A DNA stretch of 64,000 bases, taken from assembly GCA_963815095.1 (NCBI GenBank), contig CAWFFH010000005.1, positions 32,001 to 96,000 on the forward strand, given 5' to 3'. This document shows positions 8,301 through 17,939 of the stretch, piece after piece. Numbering within the stretch: position 1 is the first letter of the stretch; each line of letters starts with the position of its first letter. The notes beneath the pieces were generated by a model. The model searched no databases, was not told where the DNA came from, and saw only the letters and a program-made list of their open reading frames with translations. The DNA comes from Candidatus Bathyarchaeota archaeon (lineage in GTDB: Archaea; Thermoproteota; Bathyarchaeia; Bathyarchaeales; Bathycorpusculaceae). A program made the translations under genes and the position numbers.

Positions 8301-11086
8301 ACAGCAACCGTTTGACTATTCAAATCAAAAGAATAAATCCTAACTGAACACGCACCCTGCAAATCATCCGTTTCTTGCCGATCATATTCTATTTGAGTCC
8401 TGCCATTAACTTCGTTATGAACATTAACCGCTGGATCACCACCACAGTGCCCATTAAGAGTCATGAACACATTCGGATATTCATTGAGAAGATTTTGCAG
8501 TTTAACTTCCCACGTACCATCTCCAATACTATTAGCAAAGTCACCATTGGGAGAAGATAAGTAAACGTGAGTCGCAACAATGATGTTATAACTTAAGTTA
8601 GAATAGGTATTCAATAATCCCCTCATCCAACTGAGCGTAGAATCGTTGGCAAAAGCCTCTATATCAATTACCAAAAAATTGTAATTTCCCACTGAAAACT
8701 TTGCAGCAGTATTCTTTCCTTCAAAACAATCCCCCGCCCAATAACTATCGTTCACAAAAGACAATGAATTAAACGCCGAATACTGCTCTCCAACCCAACC
8801 ACTATTTGGATCACCGCTCCAACCATCATCAGTCGTCTGATCATGATTCCCTGCACACCAAACATAAGGAACGCCATTGTTTGCTAAAATACTCATACCA
8901 GTGTTCGCATCTTGCCACTGTGAAGCATCCCAATATTCGTTAATTATGTCTCCAGTATGCACAACCATCTGCAAATTGTACATTCCAGAGCTATTCACAA
9001 TCCAATTGCACAATAGACTATACAAATCAGGATTATCTGGAAGATAAGCAGAATTCAAAGTTTGAGTGTCCGTTATTTGCATTATCGAAAAATTGTAAGC
9101 CGGCGGATTAACTGTTACGTTTGCGATGTTGGATTGGAATTGGTTGTTCAAATTATCGGTTACATTTAGGTAGATTTTGTAGTTTCCAGTTGAGGTTGGG
9201 GTAAACGTCCAGCTTTGGCTAGTTGCTTTCAAGACAGCCGTATCATTTTGGTACCACTGATAGCTATAAGGAGCGTTTTCTATGGAAATTGATGAACTGA
9301 ACGTTTGAAACCGTCCCAAATTCATCCCAACATGGGTTGGACTTATTGCCACCGGAGGGCGAGTGGTTACGTAAATCCCAATTGACCACCAATAATCTCC
9401 TCCACCATCCACAGCAACTATCCAATTGGTACCATTCCACCAAGGATCAATAGTGTGCATGGCCCAACTATTCCAGCCGGTACCGCTAGCACTTATTAGT
9501 GGGCTTTCAGGAATTTCATGTTCAGCATAATAAGTTTCGTTAAGTACATCAACCTGAAAAGCTCGATCAGCTTCACCATAAGCCACATCGCCCTTCTGAG
9601 CAAACCTTATGATTTTGTCAGAATCAAAAACTGTAACTCTTCCTCCTCCACGCACTTTAGATGAGTCATTCGTGATTAGAGGACTCATCGGATGCTCATG
9701 CCAAGAATCAGGGTTCGCGAGATTAAAAGAATAGAAAAGACGAAGATCACTATCCGTTCCAGTAAACATCCACCACTCACTATTGTAACGGAAAATTGAA
9801 GCATCAGCAGGTATGAAATTTTGATTCGAAATCAAAGTACTAACAAGGGTCCAAGAGTAAGGAAAATTCGTAGCTTTGTACAGAGTAACCCCCAAGGGAA
9901 AAGAATTCGGAATCATATAGTAAATTCCCTCCCATTTGAACACGTAAGGATACGACAGATAAGAAGACGAATCAGAGATCACAATTTGATTATAAGTCCA
10001 GCTTAAGCCATCACCACTTGTAGCAACTCCAATTTCCTGAGCCGAATCTGTTTCCACCTCAAAAAACATGTACCAGGAACTTCCTTCATGAAAAATGAAA
10101 GGGTCAGCAACAAAGTTGGCGTTTCTATCAGTGACATCTGCCGCTGTTAGAACAGGATTCACTGCACCAGGAATAAGATCAAAGAAATCTTGTGTAACAT
10201 TTGACCAATCGGGCGATAATAAATTGGTTACAGACTGATTATAAACTACGATATTATTTGCTATGTTGGATTGGACTTGGTTACTTTGACTGTCGACTAC
10301 AATTAGATAAATTTTGTACGTTCCTGCTTGGGTTGGAGTAAAGTCCAAATTTTGATCCGTTCCCCCCGAGGCTGCTGTATCATTAATATACCATTGATAA
10401 GAGTAGGGTGACGAGCCTCCATTCACAGTTGAAGAAAATTGTTGATAACCACCAAGAGGTATGTTCACCGAGGTTGGACTAATTAACGCGGACAACTCAG
10501 AATTATCCAGATTTTCACTTGCGTAAATACTCATAGCTCCAATTGGATCTGGACCACCCCATTCTGGACCGAACGGATCGCTAAACCCCTGATCATATGC
10601 ATTTCCATTGTGGACTCGCACGCCCGAATCAAGCACTATACGAAGATTCAAAGACTCATCGCTACAAATCGAGAGCCAATAAACCGAGCCGGAAGTTACC
10701 ACCTCAGGCGTTTGCAATGGAAAGTCCACCCATAAAAAAGATGTAGTCACAATTACTTCGTTCGATTGCGCAATTAAATCGCCAGGTTGACCTGAATCGT
10801 CAGCATAAATCGCTACTCTGACGGGTCCGGTTGTGTAGGCCCGCGAGATATAGGCATATATGTCTGTTACTTGTCCATCGCTACCACATATAAAAGAAGA
10901 AGCTGATTTAGCGTTAGGATCATTCTGATCAGAAAAGGAGCCGATTGAAGTATTTCCGAAAGTGAACGAGCTAGAATTCAACAGATTTTGCGAAAAACCA
11001 GGTGAGCCACCAAAAGACAAAGGAAAACTTACAGTCACCAGCAAAAACACTACAAAAAGAGTCAATGCTTTTAGCTGTAAATTCAT
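5387..11086 (-). CDS. 1899-aa secreted multidomain protein: N-terminal beta domain, five-bladed propeller glycosidase-like domain, calcineurin-like metallophosphoesterase, 12 PKD/Ig-like repeats, C-terminal Gly/Thr module
   Basis: Signal peptide; FVADPFIF...YMFFEV and LSYPYVF propeller motifs; DTQ/GDI/GNHD/H/GH phosphoesterase motifs; 12 ISP...PYxYQW-type repeats. Confidence 0.85.
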   Translation of the reverse strand: MNLQLKALTLFVVFLLVTVSFPLSFGGSPGFSQNLLNSSSFTFGNTSIGSFSDQNDPNAKSASSFICGSDGQVTDIYAYISRAYTTGPVRVAIYADDSGQPGDLIAQSNEVIVTTSFLWVDFPLQTPEVVTSGSVYWLSICSDESLNLRIVLDSGVRVHNGNAYDQGFSDPFGPEWGGPDPIGAMSIYASENLDNSELSALISPTSVNIPLGGYQQFSSTVNGGSSPYSYQWYINDTAASGGTDQNLDFTPTQAGTYKIYLIVVDSQSNQVQSNIANNIVVYNQSVTNLLSPDWSNVTQDFFDLIPGAVNPVLTAADVTDRNANFVADPFIFHEGSSWYMFFEVETDSAQEIGVATSGDGLSWTYNQIVISDSSSYLSYPYVFKWEGIYYMIPNSFPLGVTLYKATNFPYSWTLVSTLISNQNFIPADASIFRYNSEWWMFTGTDSDLRLFYSFNLANPDSWHEHPMSPLITNDSSKVRGGGRVTVFDSDKIIRFAQKGDVAYGEADRAFQVDVLNETYYAEHEIPESPLISASGTGWNSWAMHTIDPWWNGTNWIVAVDGGGDYWWSIGIYVTTRPPVAISPTHVGMNLGRFQTFSSSISIENAPYSYQWYQNDTAVLKATSQSWTFTPTSTGNYKIYLNVTDNLNNQFQSNIANVTVNPPAYNFSIMQITDTQTLNSAYLPDNPDLYSLLCNWIVNSSGMYNLQMVVHTGDIINEYWDASQWQDANTGMSILANNGVPYVWCAGNHDQTTDDGWSGDPNSGWVGEQYSAFNSLSFVNDSYWAGDCFEGKNTAAKFSVGNYNFLVIDIEAFANDSTLSWMRGLLNTYSNLSYNIIVATHVYLSSPNGDFANSIGDGTWEVKLQNLLNEYPNVFMTLNGHCGGDPAVNVHNEVNGRTQIEYDRQETDDLQGACSVRIYSFDLNSQTVAVSTYSVWDDLWITDSGDSFSFSANLTSIPTVNITPTNVRIGLGKSEIFDSSVSGGSPPYAYQWYLNEIAVSAATGANWTFTPTQSGQYSIYLNVTDSLNYQTKSNVVNDIEVYAPPSVSISPLFANITLGGYQQFNSAVTGGLAPYTYQWCYANGTAISGSTTSTLIYTANFTGSYGIYLNATDSLNCTVQSNMATINVYSQPSATINPNSVNITVGDTQQFNSTIVGGLTPYAYQWYLNDTAVTGATSSVWNFTPTVAGHYRIYLNVTDALNFKVQSNIVIDITVYPQLTVSISPTLVNMIVGTTQTFNSTVQGGAQPLTYQWFLNGTAVTGANSSTWNFTPTQTGHYNVYLNVTDSLNSQAQSNILTDILVYIQLSVSISPTSANIVFGGSQQFNSTVVGGVAPFTYQWVLNGTAVSGAADSIWNFNPSQTGNFNIYLNITDALNTKTQSNVVADIMVYPQLAVSISPTSMNTTVGTPQTFVSIVSGGDQLYTYQWYLNDNAVPDTNNSSWTFIPQSIGPYKIYVKVTDNNIFTAQSNNATVLVETPLVVSFNAIKEKMYLGESQTFNSTVSGGTAPYSYQWYQNNSAILGATSENWIFTPTSAGTYRIFLKVTDAFNIIARSDIEANITVYPLLSASISPALINTTIGTPQLFNCIVTGGSQPYSYQWYLNGSPILNASSSTWTFIPVSSGDFSVYLIVADNNTAMIQSNNATLMVESLTNVTISPVQVRMYLGQSQTFDSIVSGGTTPYSFQWYLNDTAVSGANSQNWTFTPTLEGHYKIYLNITDAFGIKTQSNIITDIIVYSQLIVSINPVSGNMTIGEPQTFNSTVSGGAQPYIYQWYLNGTQISNANESSWTFTPTSSGNSTIYLIVTDKNTGSAQSNNATITVGTLSITGFVVQSGGSCYTTPAIIITGGGGTGATATARVSNGVIIGIVLTNPGSGYTSAPTVIIRDPSPRANGASVTATL

Positions 11087-11419
11087 TATTCCCGTCTCCC
11101 ACTTAAGCTCCCATGTCCAATTGCCTGCTTATCTTGCTAGCTTTCTAATTCAAATCTCTGCAAAATTCATATCAAGCAACTCAATAGATAAACTAGACAT
11201 GAATTAGCAAAATAAAAACGAATATTTCCATATTTGGAATGTTCCGAAACATAGACTATGGCTCCTTTACGTTCATTAAAAAATTATAGCACAAATTGTC
11301 ATATCAAGTTGGATAACAATTCTTTTTAAAATTGTTAGCGGAATCGCTTTGAAGAACTAAAAACGGTCCATTGGTCTAAAAACTTTAGCTACTCAAGAAA
11401 AAGAAAAAAGAAAAAAAGG

Positions 11420-12268
11420 CTAGGTTGCTGGATAGAAGATCGAAGTCATGTAGACATAGTACATGTCAGTTGGTTGTAGAGCTGTCATTTGCCATGCGTT
11501 TGCACAGAAATTATAGTTGCTACCTTCAGTTACAGGGACCACCGCTTGGAGTGTTATGGGGTAGTAGGTTGTTTCACCTTCATTATTGGCGGGGCCGGCA
11601 TATGTGTGGCAAAGGGTTGGATAAGCATCAACTGTTGTTCCTAAGCCTAAAGCTTGAATTGTTGTGTCTTCAGTTATTTTTGCCATGGCGTTAACGTTGA
11701 GGACAACGTATCCGTTTGAGGGTGCTGTGAAGGATATGTTGGAAACTGTTTTGTAGTCAGTAGATAAACGAACCCAACTGTTAGCGTAAGTATCATTGTA
11801 GCTGACTATTACTCCTGTTCCGGCTGGTCCTGTCGGTCCAGTTGCGCCTGTGGCTCCAGTTGCACCCATTGCTCCCGCCGGGCCTGTTGCACCCGTCAAA
11901 CCAGTTTCGCCTTGAAGTCCTTGCGCCCCAGTTGCTCCGGTTGCGCCGGCTGGTCCAGTGGCACCAGTCGCTCCTGTCAAACCTGTTTCGCCAGTCAAGC
12001 CGATTTCGCCTTGAGGTCCTTGAGCTCCCGTTTCCCCGGTTGCGCCAGTCGGTCCAGTGGAACCGATCGCTCCTGTCGCGCCCGTTAAGCCAGTGTCTCC
12101 GATGAGACCCTGCGGACCCATTGGTCCTGTGTCCCCTTTAGGTCCTACATCACCTTTGGTTCCAACCGAGGGATGAGTCATAACACCTGCTGTTACAGCA
12201 ACTAAAGTTACGCTTGCAAACAAAAGTAGGATAACAAAAACTGTTTTTGACAAAATTATTTTATTCAT
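11420..12268 (-). CDS. Collagen-like surface protein
   Basis: N-terminal hydrophobic segment, 38 uninterrupted Gly-X-Y triplets, C-terminal beta-rich domain. Confidence 0.88.
   Translation of the reverse strand: MNKIILSKTVFVILLLFASVTLVAVTAGVMTHPSVGTKGDVGPKGDTGPMGPQGLIGDTGLTGATGAIGSTGPTGATGETGAQGPQGEIGLTGETGLTGATGATGPAGATGATGAQGLQGETGLTGATGPAGAMGATGATGATGPTGPAGTGVIVSYNDTYANSWVRLSTDYKTVSNISFTAPSNGYVVLNVNAMAKITEDTTIQALGLGTTVDAYPTLCHTYAGPANNEGETTYYPITLQAVVPVTEGSNYNFCANAWQMTALQPTDMYYVYMTSIFYPAT
11822..12163 (-). repeat. Gly-X-Y collagen repeat tract (9-bp periodicity)
   Basis: GTK...GPA, 38 triplets, Y position mostly Thr. Confidence 0.9.
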
Positions 12269-12540
12269 TTATCTCATTTCTCCAAATCTTTAATTAAATT
12301 CAAGTCAAAGCTTTATTCTGATAATTTTAAATTAAATGCTTTATGAATTCAGAATCCATACTAACAAATTATTGCCAACATTTTTACAGACTTAAACAAT
12401 AACCCTTAAAATCATCAACCAAAAGCTAAACAGCAGAGTCTTCAAAAGACAATTTTGGATACAACAAACATCGGCGACTTTAGTTTAGACGACAACTCCC
12501 CTTGATTTATCTATTTAGTTCAAGTGGAAATTGTAAACGA

Positions 12541-14262
12541 TTATGATGCAGACAGCACTGCAGTTGCAACTGCACCTTTAGCTCTTGGACTTGGATCTCT
12601 CAAAGTAACTGTGGGAGCCGAAGTATAACCAGTCCCAGCATTCGTCAAAACCAAACCCAAAACAACCCCATTTGAAACTCTAGCAGTAGCCGTCGCACCA
12701 GACCCACCACCGCCAGTCAAAACAACCGCAGGAGTGGTGTAACCGGTCCCGCCGTTTAGGACATTAAAACCTGTGATTGTGAACGTTGTCGGAACCAAAA
12801 CAGTAACTCCTAACGTCGAATTATGATTCAAAGAACCACAGGAGCCTGCCACCGAAACATTGTAAGTTCCTGCACCAGCTGAAGACGCAGCTGTCACTGA
12901 AAATACCGATCGATTTGAACCCCCCAAGGGAACAACAAGCGAGGATAAACTAAAAGAAGCATTCCAGCCAGAAGGAACAAAAGATGAAAGTGAAACACGC
13001 CCAGAAAATCCATTAACAGATGAGACTGTGACATTTGTGCTTCCCAAAGACCCATTCTGAACGGTTATGGTTGAGGGCGAGGTCGAAATAGAATAGTCAG
13101 ACCCAATTCCAGTTGTAAAGTTCCAAGTTATAGGGCTGCCCAAACCAGTCACAAGATCAAAACCCGGACCCGCAAAATATTTTCCATTCGTTCCCGAAGT
13201 TATATCTCTAAAATACGTGGGACCACTCCACTTTGCATCCTGATACAAATTGTTGCCAGAAACAGAAAACCCAAGTGACTGAATCGCAGCCCATTGAGGA
13301 CTCCCTGCACTCGTGCCGCCTACTAAAAACCAACCAGTCTGATTGTTAAAAGCAGTTGTATCGTATATTGGAACACCCGTGGCTGGATTTGCATCATAGG
13401 AAACATCGGGAACTGCACGTTTCCCGTTTGCCTGCAGAACATTGTAGGCTATTTGGTATTGGGGCTCAGCATTATAGGCACTAACGCCGCCGCCACTGCC
13501 AGCCCAACCAGTCTCCGAAGCCACCGACCCATCAGAATTAAGGGTTAAAGTTGTTCCACCAACCGCAACCACATTCGACGAAGTTGAAGGCCAGCTTACC
13601 CCAGCTCCAGCATCACCCGTAGAAGAAAAGAAAACAACTCTATGATTGCTGGTAAAATAGGAATCGTAAGAACTTTGTCCCAAAAATTCAGTACCGCCCC
13701 AACTCATGCTCACTGCCACAACATCAGAGCGGTGAGCAGCATAAGAAATCGCATTTAAAAGACTATTCAATGAACTGTCTTGCGCTTCCACAAGAAGAAT
13801 TTTTGCGTTTGGAGCAATGGCATGAGCCCACTGAACATCCAAAGATATCTCAAGAGCCCATTCAGAATTCACATCAATGTTCGGATGCATCATGTGCTTT
13901 TCAAAATTTGTTGTGGGCAAACCGAATTGCTGGCTGAAAGTTACAAAGTCGTTTTGGACGGTGGGGCAATCGTAGGCGTCGACTATGGCGATTGTTCCGG
14001 AGCCGCCGGAAGTTGGAAGATTGTATGCGTTCTTAATCTGCGTAGGTGTCAGGCCAATTGGACCAAGATTCTCAGATGATGTGCTTTGGAGCGATTCATC
14101 TGGGGGTGAATAAACATGGAACCACGGGGTAGCATACCAGCCTTCACCGGGATATGTTGATGATGCAGGATTCAATTCCACAAATAATACAGCAACTAAC
14201 AAAACTAAAAGAAAGAAGCCAACACTTCTCTGCGCTCTCTTAGACAGAAACAAAATATTCAA
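12541..14262 (-). CDS. Secreted S53 (sedolisin-like) peptidase with Ig-like and C-terminal Gly/Thr module
   Basis: EISLD (Glu/Asp), STGDAG oxyanion Asp, GGTSAGSP catalytic Ser, [11 protein letters not shown] Ca site. Confidence 0.9.
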   Translation of the reverse strand: MNILFLSKRAQRSVGFFLLVLLVAVLFVELNPASSTYPGEGWYATPWFHVYSPPDESLQSTSSENLGPIGLTPTQIKNAYNLPTSGGSGTIAIVDAYDCPTVQNDFVTFSQQFGLPTTNFEKHMMHPNIDVNSEWALEISLDVQWAHAIAPNAKILLVEAQDSSLNSLLNAISYAAHRSDVVAVSMSWGGTEFLGQSSYDSYFTSNHRVVFFSSTGDAGAGVSWPSTSSNVVAVGGTTLTLNSDGSVASETGWAGSGGGVSAYNAEPQYQIAYNVLQANGKRAVPDVSYDANPATGVPIYDTTAFNNQTGWFLVGGTSAGSPQWAAIQSLGFSVSGNNLYQDAKWSGPTYFRDITSGTNGKYFAGPGFDLVTGLGSPITWNFTTGIGSDYSISTSPSTITVQNGSLGSTNVTVSSVNGFSGRVSLSSFVPSGWNASFSLSSLVVPLGGSNRSVFSVTAASSAGAGTYNVSVAGSCGSLNHNSTLGVTVLVPTTFTITGFNVLNGGTGYTTPAVVLTGGGGSGATATARVSNGVVLGLVLTNAGTGYTSAPTVTLRDPSPRAKGAVATAVLSAS

Positions 14263-14303
14263 CTCCCAAAAAATTCTACAAATCTAACAAAGCTTCCATA
14301 ATC

Positions 14304-14975
14304 CTAGTAGGAATCAACTACCTTTCCGTCACTTATAACATACGTTTTATCCGCCAACTTGGCCAAATTAGACGCATGCGTCGAAATCAGTATCGTTTTT
14401 CCCTCATCCCTGAGCTTTTGGAAAAAATCAGTTATTGTCTTAGCCGAAGCGTCATCAACAAATGTTAACGGCTCATCAGCAACAATTATTTGTGGCTCAG
14501 TTATCAACGCCCTCGCCACCGCCACCCTCTGCTGTTGCCCACCCGAAAGCTGTTCCACATTAAAGTACGCCCTCTCCGACAACCCCAATTGATCCAACAA
14601 ATCAAGAGCAGCAACCTTGTAATCTGCTGGATCAACATCATGACAAAGAAGCGGAGCCATCACATTTTCCAAAGCATCAAAGTTAGGCAAAAGATTGATA
14701 TGTTGAAAAACAAACCCCATGTTTTCCCGCCTAAAAACCGCTTTCCAACCATCAGAATAAGCCGACACGTTTTCATTATCAATTAAGACTTTGCCTTTTG
14801 TAGGCGTTAGCAATTGGCCTATCATGCTCATGAGCGTAGTTTTTCCGCAACCGCTAGGTCCAACCAACACAGTTATCTCTCCACTTTCAGCAGTCAAATT
14901 AGCGTCAGTCACAGCTTGAACCTGATGTTTTTTCCCCTGATTGTAAATTTTAGTCAAGTTTACAGCTTCAATCAT
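14304..14975 (-). CDS. ABC ATPase, LolD/MacB-like
   Basis: GPSGCGKT, LSGGQQQRVAVARAL, IIVADEP. Confidence 0.93.
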   Translation of the reverse strand: MIEAVNLTKIYNQGKKHQVQAVTDANLTAESGEITVLVGPSGCGKTTLMSMIGQLLTPTKGKVLIDNENVSAYSDGWKAVFRRENMGFVFQHINLLPNFDALENVMAPLLCHDVDPADYKVAALDLLDQLGLSERAYFNVEQLSGGQQQRVAVARALITEPQIIVADEPLTFVDDASAKTITDFFQKLRDEGKTILISTHASNLAKLADKTYVISDGKVVDSY

Positions 14976-16213
14976 GCACGAGCACCTCTCATAGAAATAT
15001 CAGGATCAACAGTCGCGTTAAGCCAAGAAGGTATTACAGTGGCAAAAAGAAGAGGAACAATCGTAACAGCAAACGTGAAGAGCACCGTTTGGGCGCTAAT
15101 ATAAACAGGAACTGGAAAACTCGGATAGAGGTTAGCCCAACCCAACATGAAATCTCTAAGCACAGGGGCACCCAAAACACTATCAAACAAAATACCCACC
15201 GTCAACCCTATTGCGCCAGCCAAAGTTCCAAGCACCAAACTCTCCACCAAACGAACCTGAATAACATCAGACGTAGAAAACCCAAGCGCCTTAAGCAATC
15301 CAACCTCAAACTTTGATTCATGACCAACCACAACAGTCTGGTTAAACGCAATTATCGCAACCGCAATTAAAATTACATACCAAACAACCGAAAAGAAACC
15401 CGATCGGTCACCGTACGTCTTCTCTTGAGCACTAAGAAGAACATCCTTTGTAACCACACGACAATTAGGCAACCCAGAAATCGATCGAGCAACCTCATTC
15501 ACCAAAGCCGATTTCGTTTGAGCATTAACCGGAGTCACATACACCATTAAATCAGTCACTTTATCATCCGGCAAATTGAAAAACGCTCTAGCATCATTGA
15601 GATTCATCAAAATCATATCAGCATTATAGATACTCGATTCACTATTGAATATCCCAACAATAGTATACTGCTTAATTTCATTAGACTCTGTAAGTATCGA
15701 CAATTCAGTTCCAACATGAGCACCGAGCAATTCAGCAACACCTTTTCCAATCACAACCGTTCCATTCAACTGCGGATCAAGAAACCGACCCGACTCCAAA
15801 GGATAAGCTGCCGCCTGATCCACATTAAAGGTACCCAACTGATGCGACGTCTGATTAACAGTAGCCGCATTACCCACATCAATCCCCATAACAACAATAA
15901 GGGTATTTCCAACATTTCCATATCCCCAAATCCGCTCAGAAATTCCACTAACCCCAGACGCAGAACCCAAAATACTACCCACATAACTAGTCGAAATAAC
16001 CGTTTGTCTTCCAGCCTGTATTCCCTGAACGGTTAAATCCGGAGCATACTTCAAACTCAACTCACCCTCTCTCACAAGCCCATCCGACATAAATGCAACA
16101 GCAGAAAACATGGAAGCGGCAACAATGAGGCAAATTAGAATTACAGCTGTTCGCAACCGATATCTCTGTATACAATTCAAGGCATAATTCAAAAGATTCT
16201 TAAAGCGTTTCAT
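14972..16213 (-). CDS. FtsX/MacB/LolC-type ABC permease
   Basis: 1 TM + large external domain + 3 TM; EVGLLKALGFS motif. Confidence 0.88.
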   Translation of the reverse strand: MKRFKNLLNYALNCIQRYRLRTAVILICLIVAASMFSAVAFMSDGLVREGELSLKYAPDLTVQGIQAGRQTVISTSYVGSILGSASGVSGISERIWGYGNVGNTLIVVMGIDVGNAATVNQTSHQLGTFNVDQAAAYPLESGRFLDPQLNGTVVIGKGVAELLGAHVGTELSILTESNEIKQYTIVGIFNSESSIYNADMILMNLNDARAFFNLPDDKVTDLMVYVTPVNAQTKSALVNEVARSISGLPNCRVVTKDVLLSAQEKTYGDRSGFFSVVWYVILIAVAIIAFNQTVVVGHESKFEVGLLKALGFSTSDVIQVRLVESLVLGTLAGAIGLTVGILFDSVLGAPVLRDFMLGWANLYPSFPVPVYISAQTVLFTFAVTIVPLLFATVIPSWLNATVDPDISMRGARA

Positions 16214-16214
16214 T

Positions 16215-16538
16215 TCACTTTCCACTTCCACTCTCATTGAAACTGTTAACTATAGTAAAGCTCGTTGGCGCACTGAAATTGGTGGACGGAACCCCCAAGG
16301 TGAAATAATTACAGTAACCGCCCGGAACGTCATAGAGCCCCGGACACAGTAACTCAACGCCAGGGTTTCTCGCCGAAGGATTAAGATTCCCAACAGCCAA
16401 GCTGGGCAACCCCACCATCTGACGCAAAGAATCTGGAGCATTCTCCTTTTCCGACCAAGAAATTTGACTAACCACACAAGACCCAAAAACAAACACAAGC
16501 AAAAGAAAAATAAGAATAATCATAACTCGTGACTTCAT
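16215..16538 (-). CDS. Small exported Cys-containing hypothetical protein
   Basis: Signal anchor; GLPSLAVG...ARNP...C...DVPGGYC; packed in operon. Confidence 0.7.
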   Translation of the reverse strand: MKSRVMIILIFLLLVFVFGSCVVSQISWSEKENAPDSLRQMVGLPSLAVGNLNPSARNPGVELLCPGLYDVPGGYCNYFTLGVPSTNFSAPTSFTIVNSFNESGSGK

Positions 16539-16539
16539 T

Positions 16540-17055
16540 TCATCTACTTCCTCGAATATTTACTTGATAACTAAAACTACCTTCAAACCCACCATCTTGC
16601 GGCGACACAAAGGAAATTTCATTCCCATAAGTAAATACAGAAGACACAGCAAGTTTTGATGGCGGCGGCTTCACCAAGTCGAAACCCGAAAAAGTTACCG
16701 TCGTAGACTCAACCGAAGGATTACTTGGATTAGCTTCAAACGTATCTATCAATATACCATTACAATACATAGATAAGATCCCTGACTTTTGCCAATCTTT
16801 GAAAGCTAAATCGACAACTAAAATTGCAGGATCATAAGTTGTATAATTGAACATTGAACTTACACTTTGAGCCTGCTCAAGAGTCACCGTGTTTTGAGCG
16901 TACAATCGTTGATTGTAGACTCCAATTTGACCAGTCTGATTGGAAACCGCCAGAAAAGGGGAAATTTCAACAAAAACAGCCACTACTACTATGACTAAAA
17001 CGATAATCGCAATTTCGGCCACAAAAAGTTTCTTAAGATTCAAAAAATTCCCCAT
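16540..17055 (-). CDS. Membrane-anchored hypothetical protein
   Basis: N-terminal TM, beta-rich ectodomain, operon position. Confidence 0.7.
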   Translation of the reverse strand: MGNFLNLKKLFVAEIAIIVLVIVVVAVFVEISPFLAVSNQTGQIGVYNQRLYAQNTVTLEQAQSVSSMFNYTTYDPAILVVDLAFKDWQKSGILSMYCNGILIDTFEANPSNPSVESTTVTFSGFDLVKPPPSKLAVSSVFTYGNEISFVSPQDGGFEGSFSYQVNIRGSR

Positions 17056-17111
17056 TTAAACTCACAAAAACTAACACAAAAGAATACACCAATGAACTTA
17101 GAGATGCAACA

Positions 17112-17906
17112 TTAAACATGTCTAAAATTCCCCAAACCGACCTGCATAACCAACAAAAATGTGCCCACAATCGCTAAAATCAGACACACGAGCATAATTT
17201 TCCGAAGCAAAGGAGACATTTCTGATTGAACCTCCGGATTTTTGTTTGAGGATCTCCGAAACAGAAAACTCCAAACTAATAACGCCCCTGAAACGGAATA
17301 AGCTGCAATAACACCCCAAAGCAGAGGATACTGATAAGTTATAAAACAAAAAGGACATCCAATATTAAACAAGCCAGGAACCGTATTCGAATAAACCACC
17401 ATGCAGCAAGGAACAACCAACGGTTTTAGTCCCCCAAAAAAAGAAATATCCAACAAAGCATCTAAGAACAAAAGCGGCATAAGCAAAACAAAACCACGCG
17501 AGAGCGAAGCCATCATATTGGAACTTTTCAGTTTTCGATTCATAATGTCAAAGAAAAGCCAACCCCCAAACGCAAACATCGTAAAAAGCTTCAACCCCAA
17601 GTCAGCCCAAGACCACGGAGCTCCAGCTTGAAAAACACCAAATTCACACATAGCCCCCGGAACAGCCGGAATTAACGAAATTACAGTGAGCCAAAAAAGT
17701 GGAATAGCCAAAAGTCTAGTTCCAAGAGTCATCCAGCCTACAGTTGAAACTAGAGAAAAATCCTTTTCCAATTCATAACGTTGGTCAGCTGATGCACCTT
17801 TTATGCTTGTCTCTATTTTGTATGCTTTAAATGCGGCAAAGCAACCAACAGCTAATGCGAATAGTGCGATGGCTAAATCGACTGCGGCATACAGGTTTAC
17901 AATCAT
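17112..17906 (-). CDS. Polytopic Cys-rich membrane protein
   Basis: About 6 TM; PGAMCEFGV, VPCC and CPFC motifs. Confidence 0.75.
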   Translation of the reverse strand: MIVNLYAAVDLAIALFALAVGCFAAFKAYKIETSIKGASADQRYELEKDFSLVSTVGWMTLGTRLLAIPLFWLTVISLIPAVPGAMCEFGVFQAGAPWSWADLGLKLFTMFAFGGWLFFDIMNRKLKSSNMMASLSRGFVLLMPLLFLDALLDISFFGGLKPLVVPCCMVVYSNTVPGLFNIGCPFCFITYQYPLLWGVIAAYSVSGALLVWSFLFRRSSNKNPEVQSEMSPLLRKIMLVCLILAIVGTFLLVMQVGLGNFRHV

Positions 17907-17939
17907 CCGTTATTCCTTCTGTTCTATTATTTGTTTAAC

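Noticed and set aside
5387-10500. Periodic ~260-bp similarity suggesting a DNA repeat array or CRISPR
   Set aside because: These are degenerate protein-coding PKD-like repeats, not identical repeats with unique spacers.
11226-11239. TTCCA-N4-TGGAA inverted repeat upstream of the 1899-aa gene
   Set aside because: Arms of only 5 bp in AT-rich DNA are compatible with chance.
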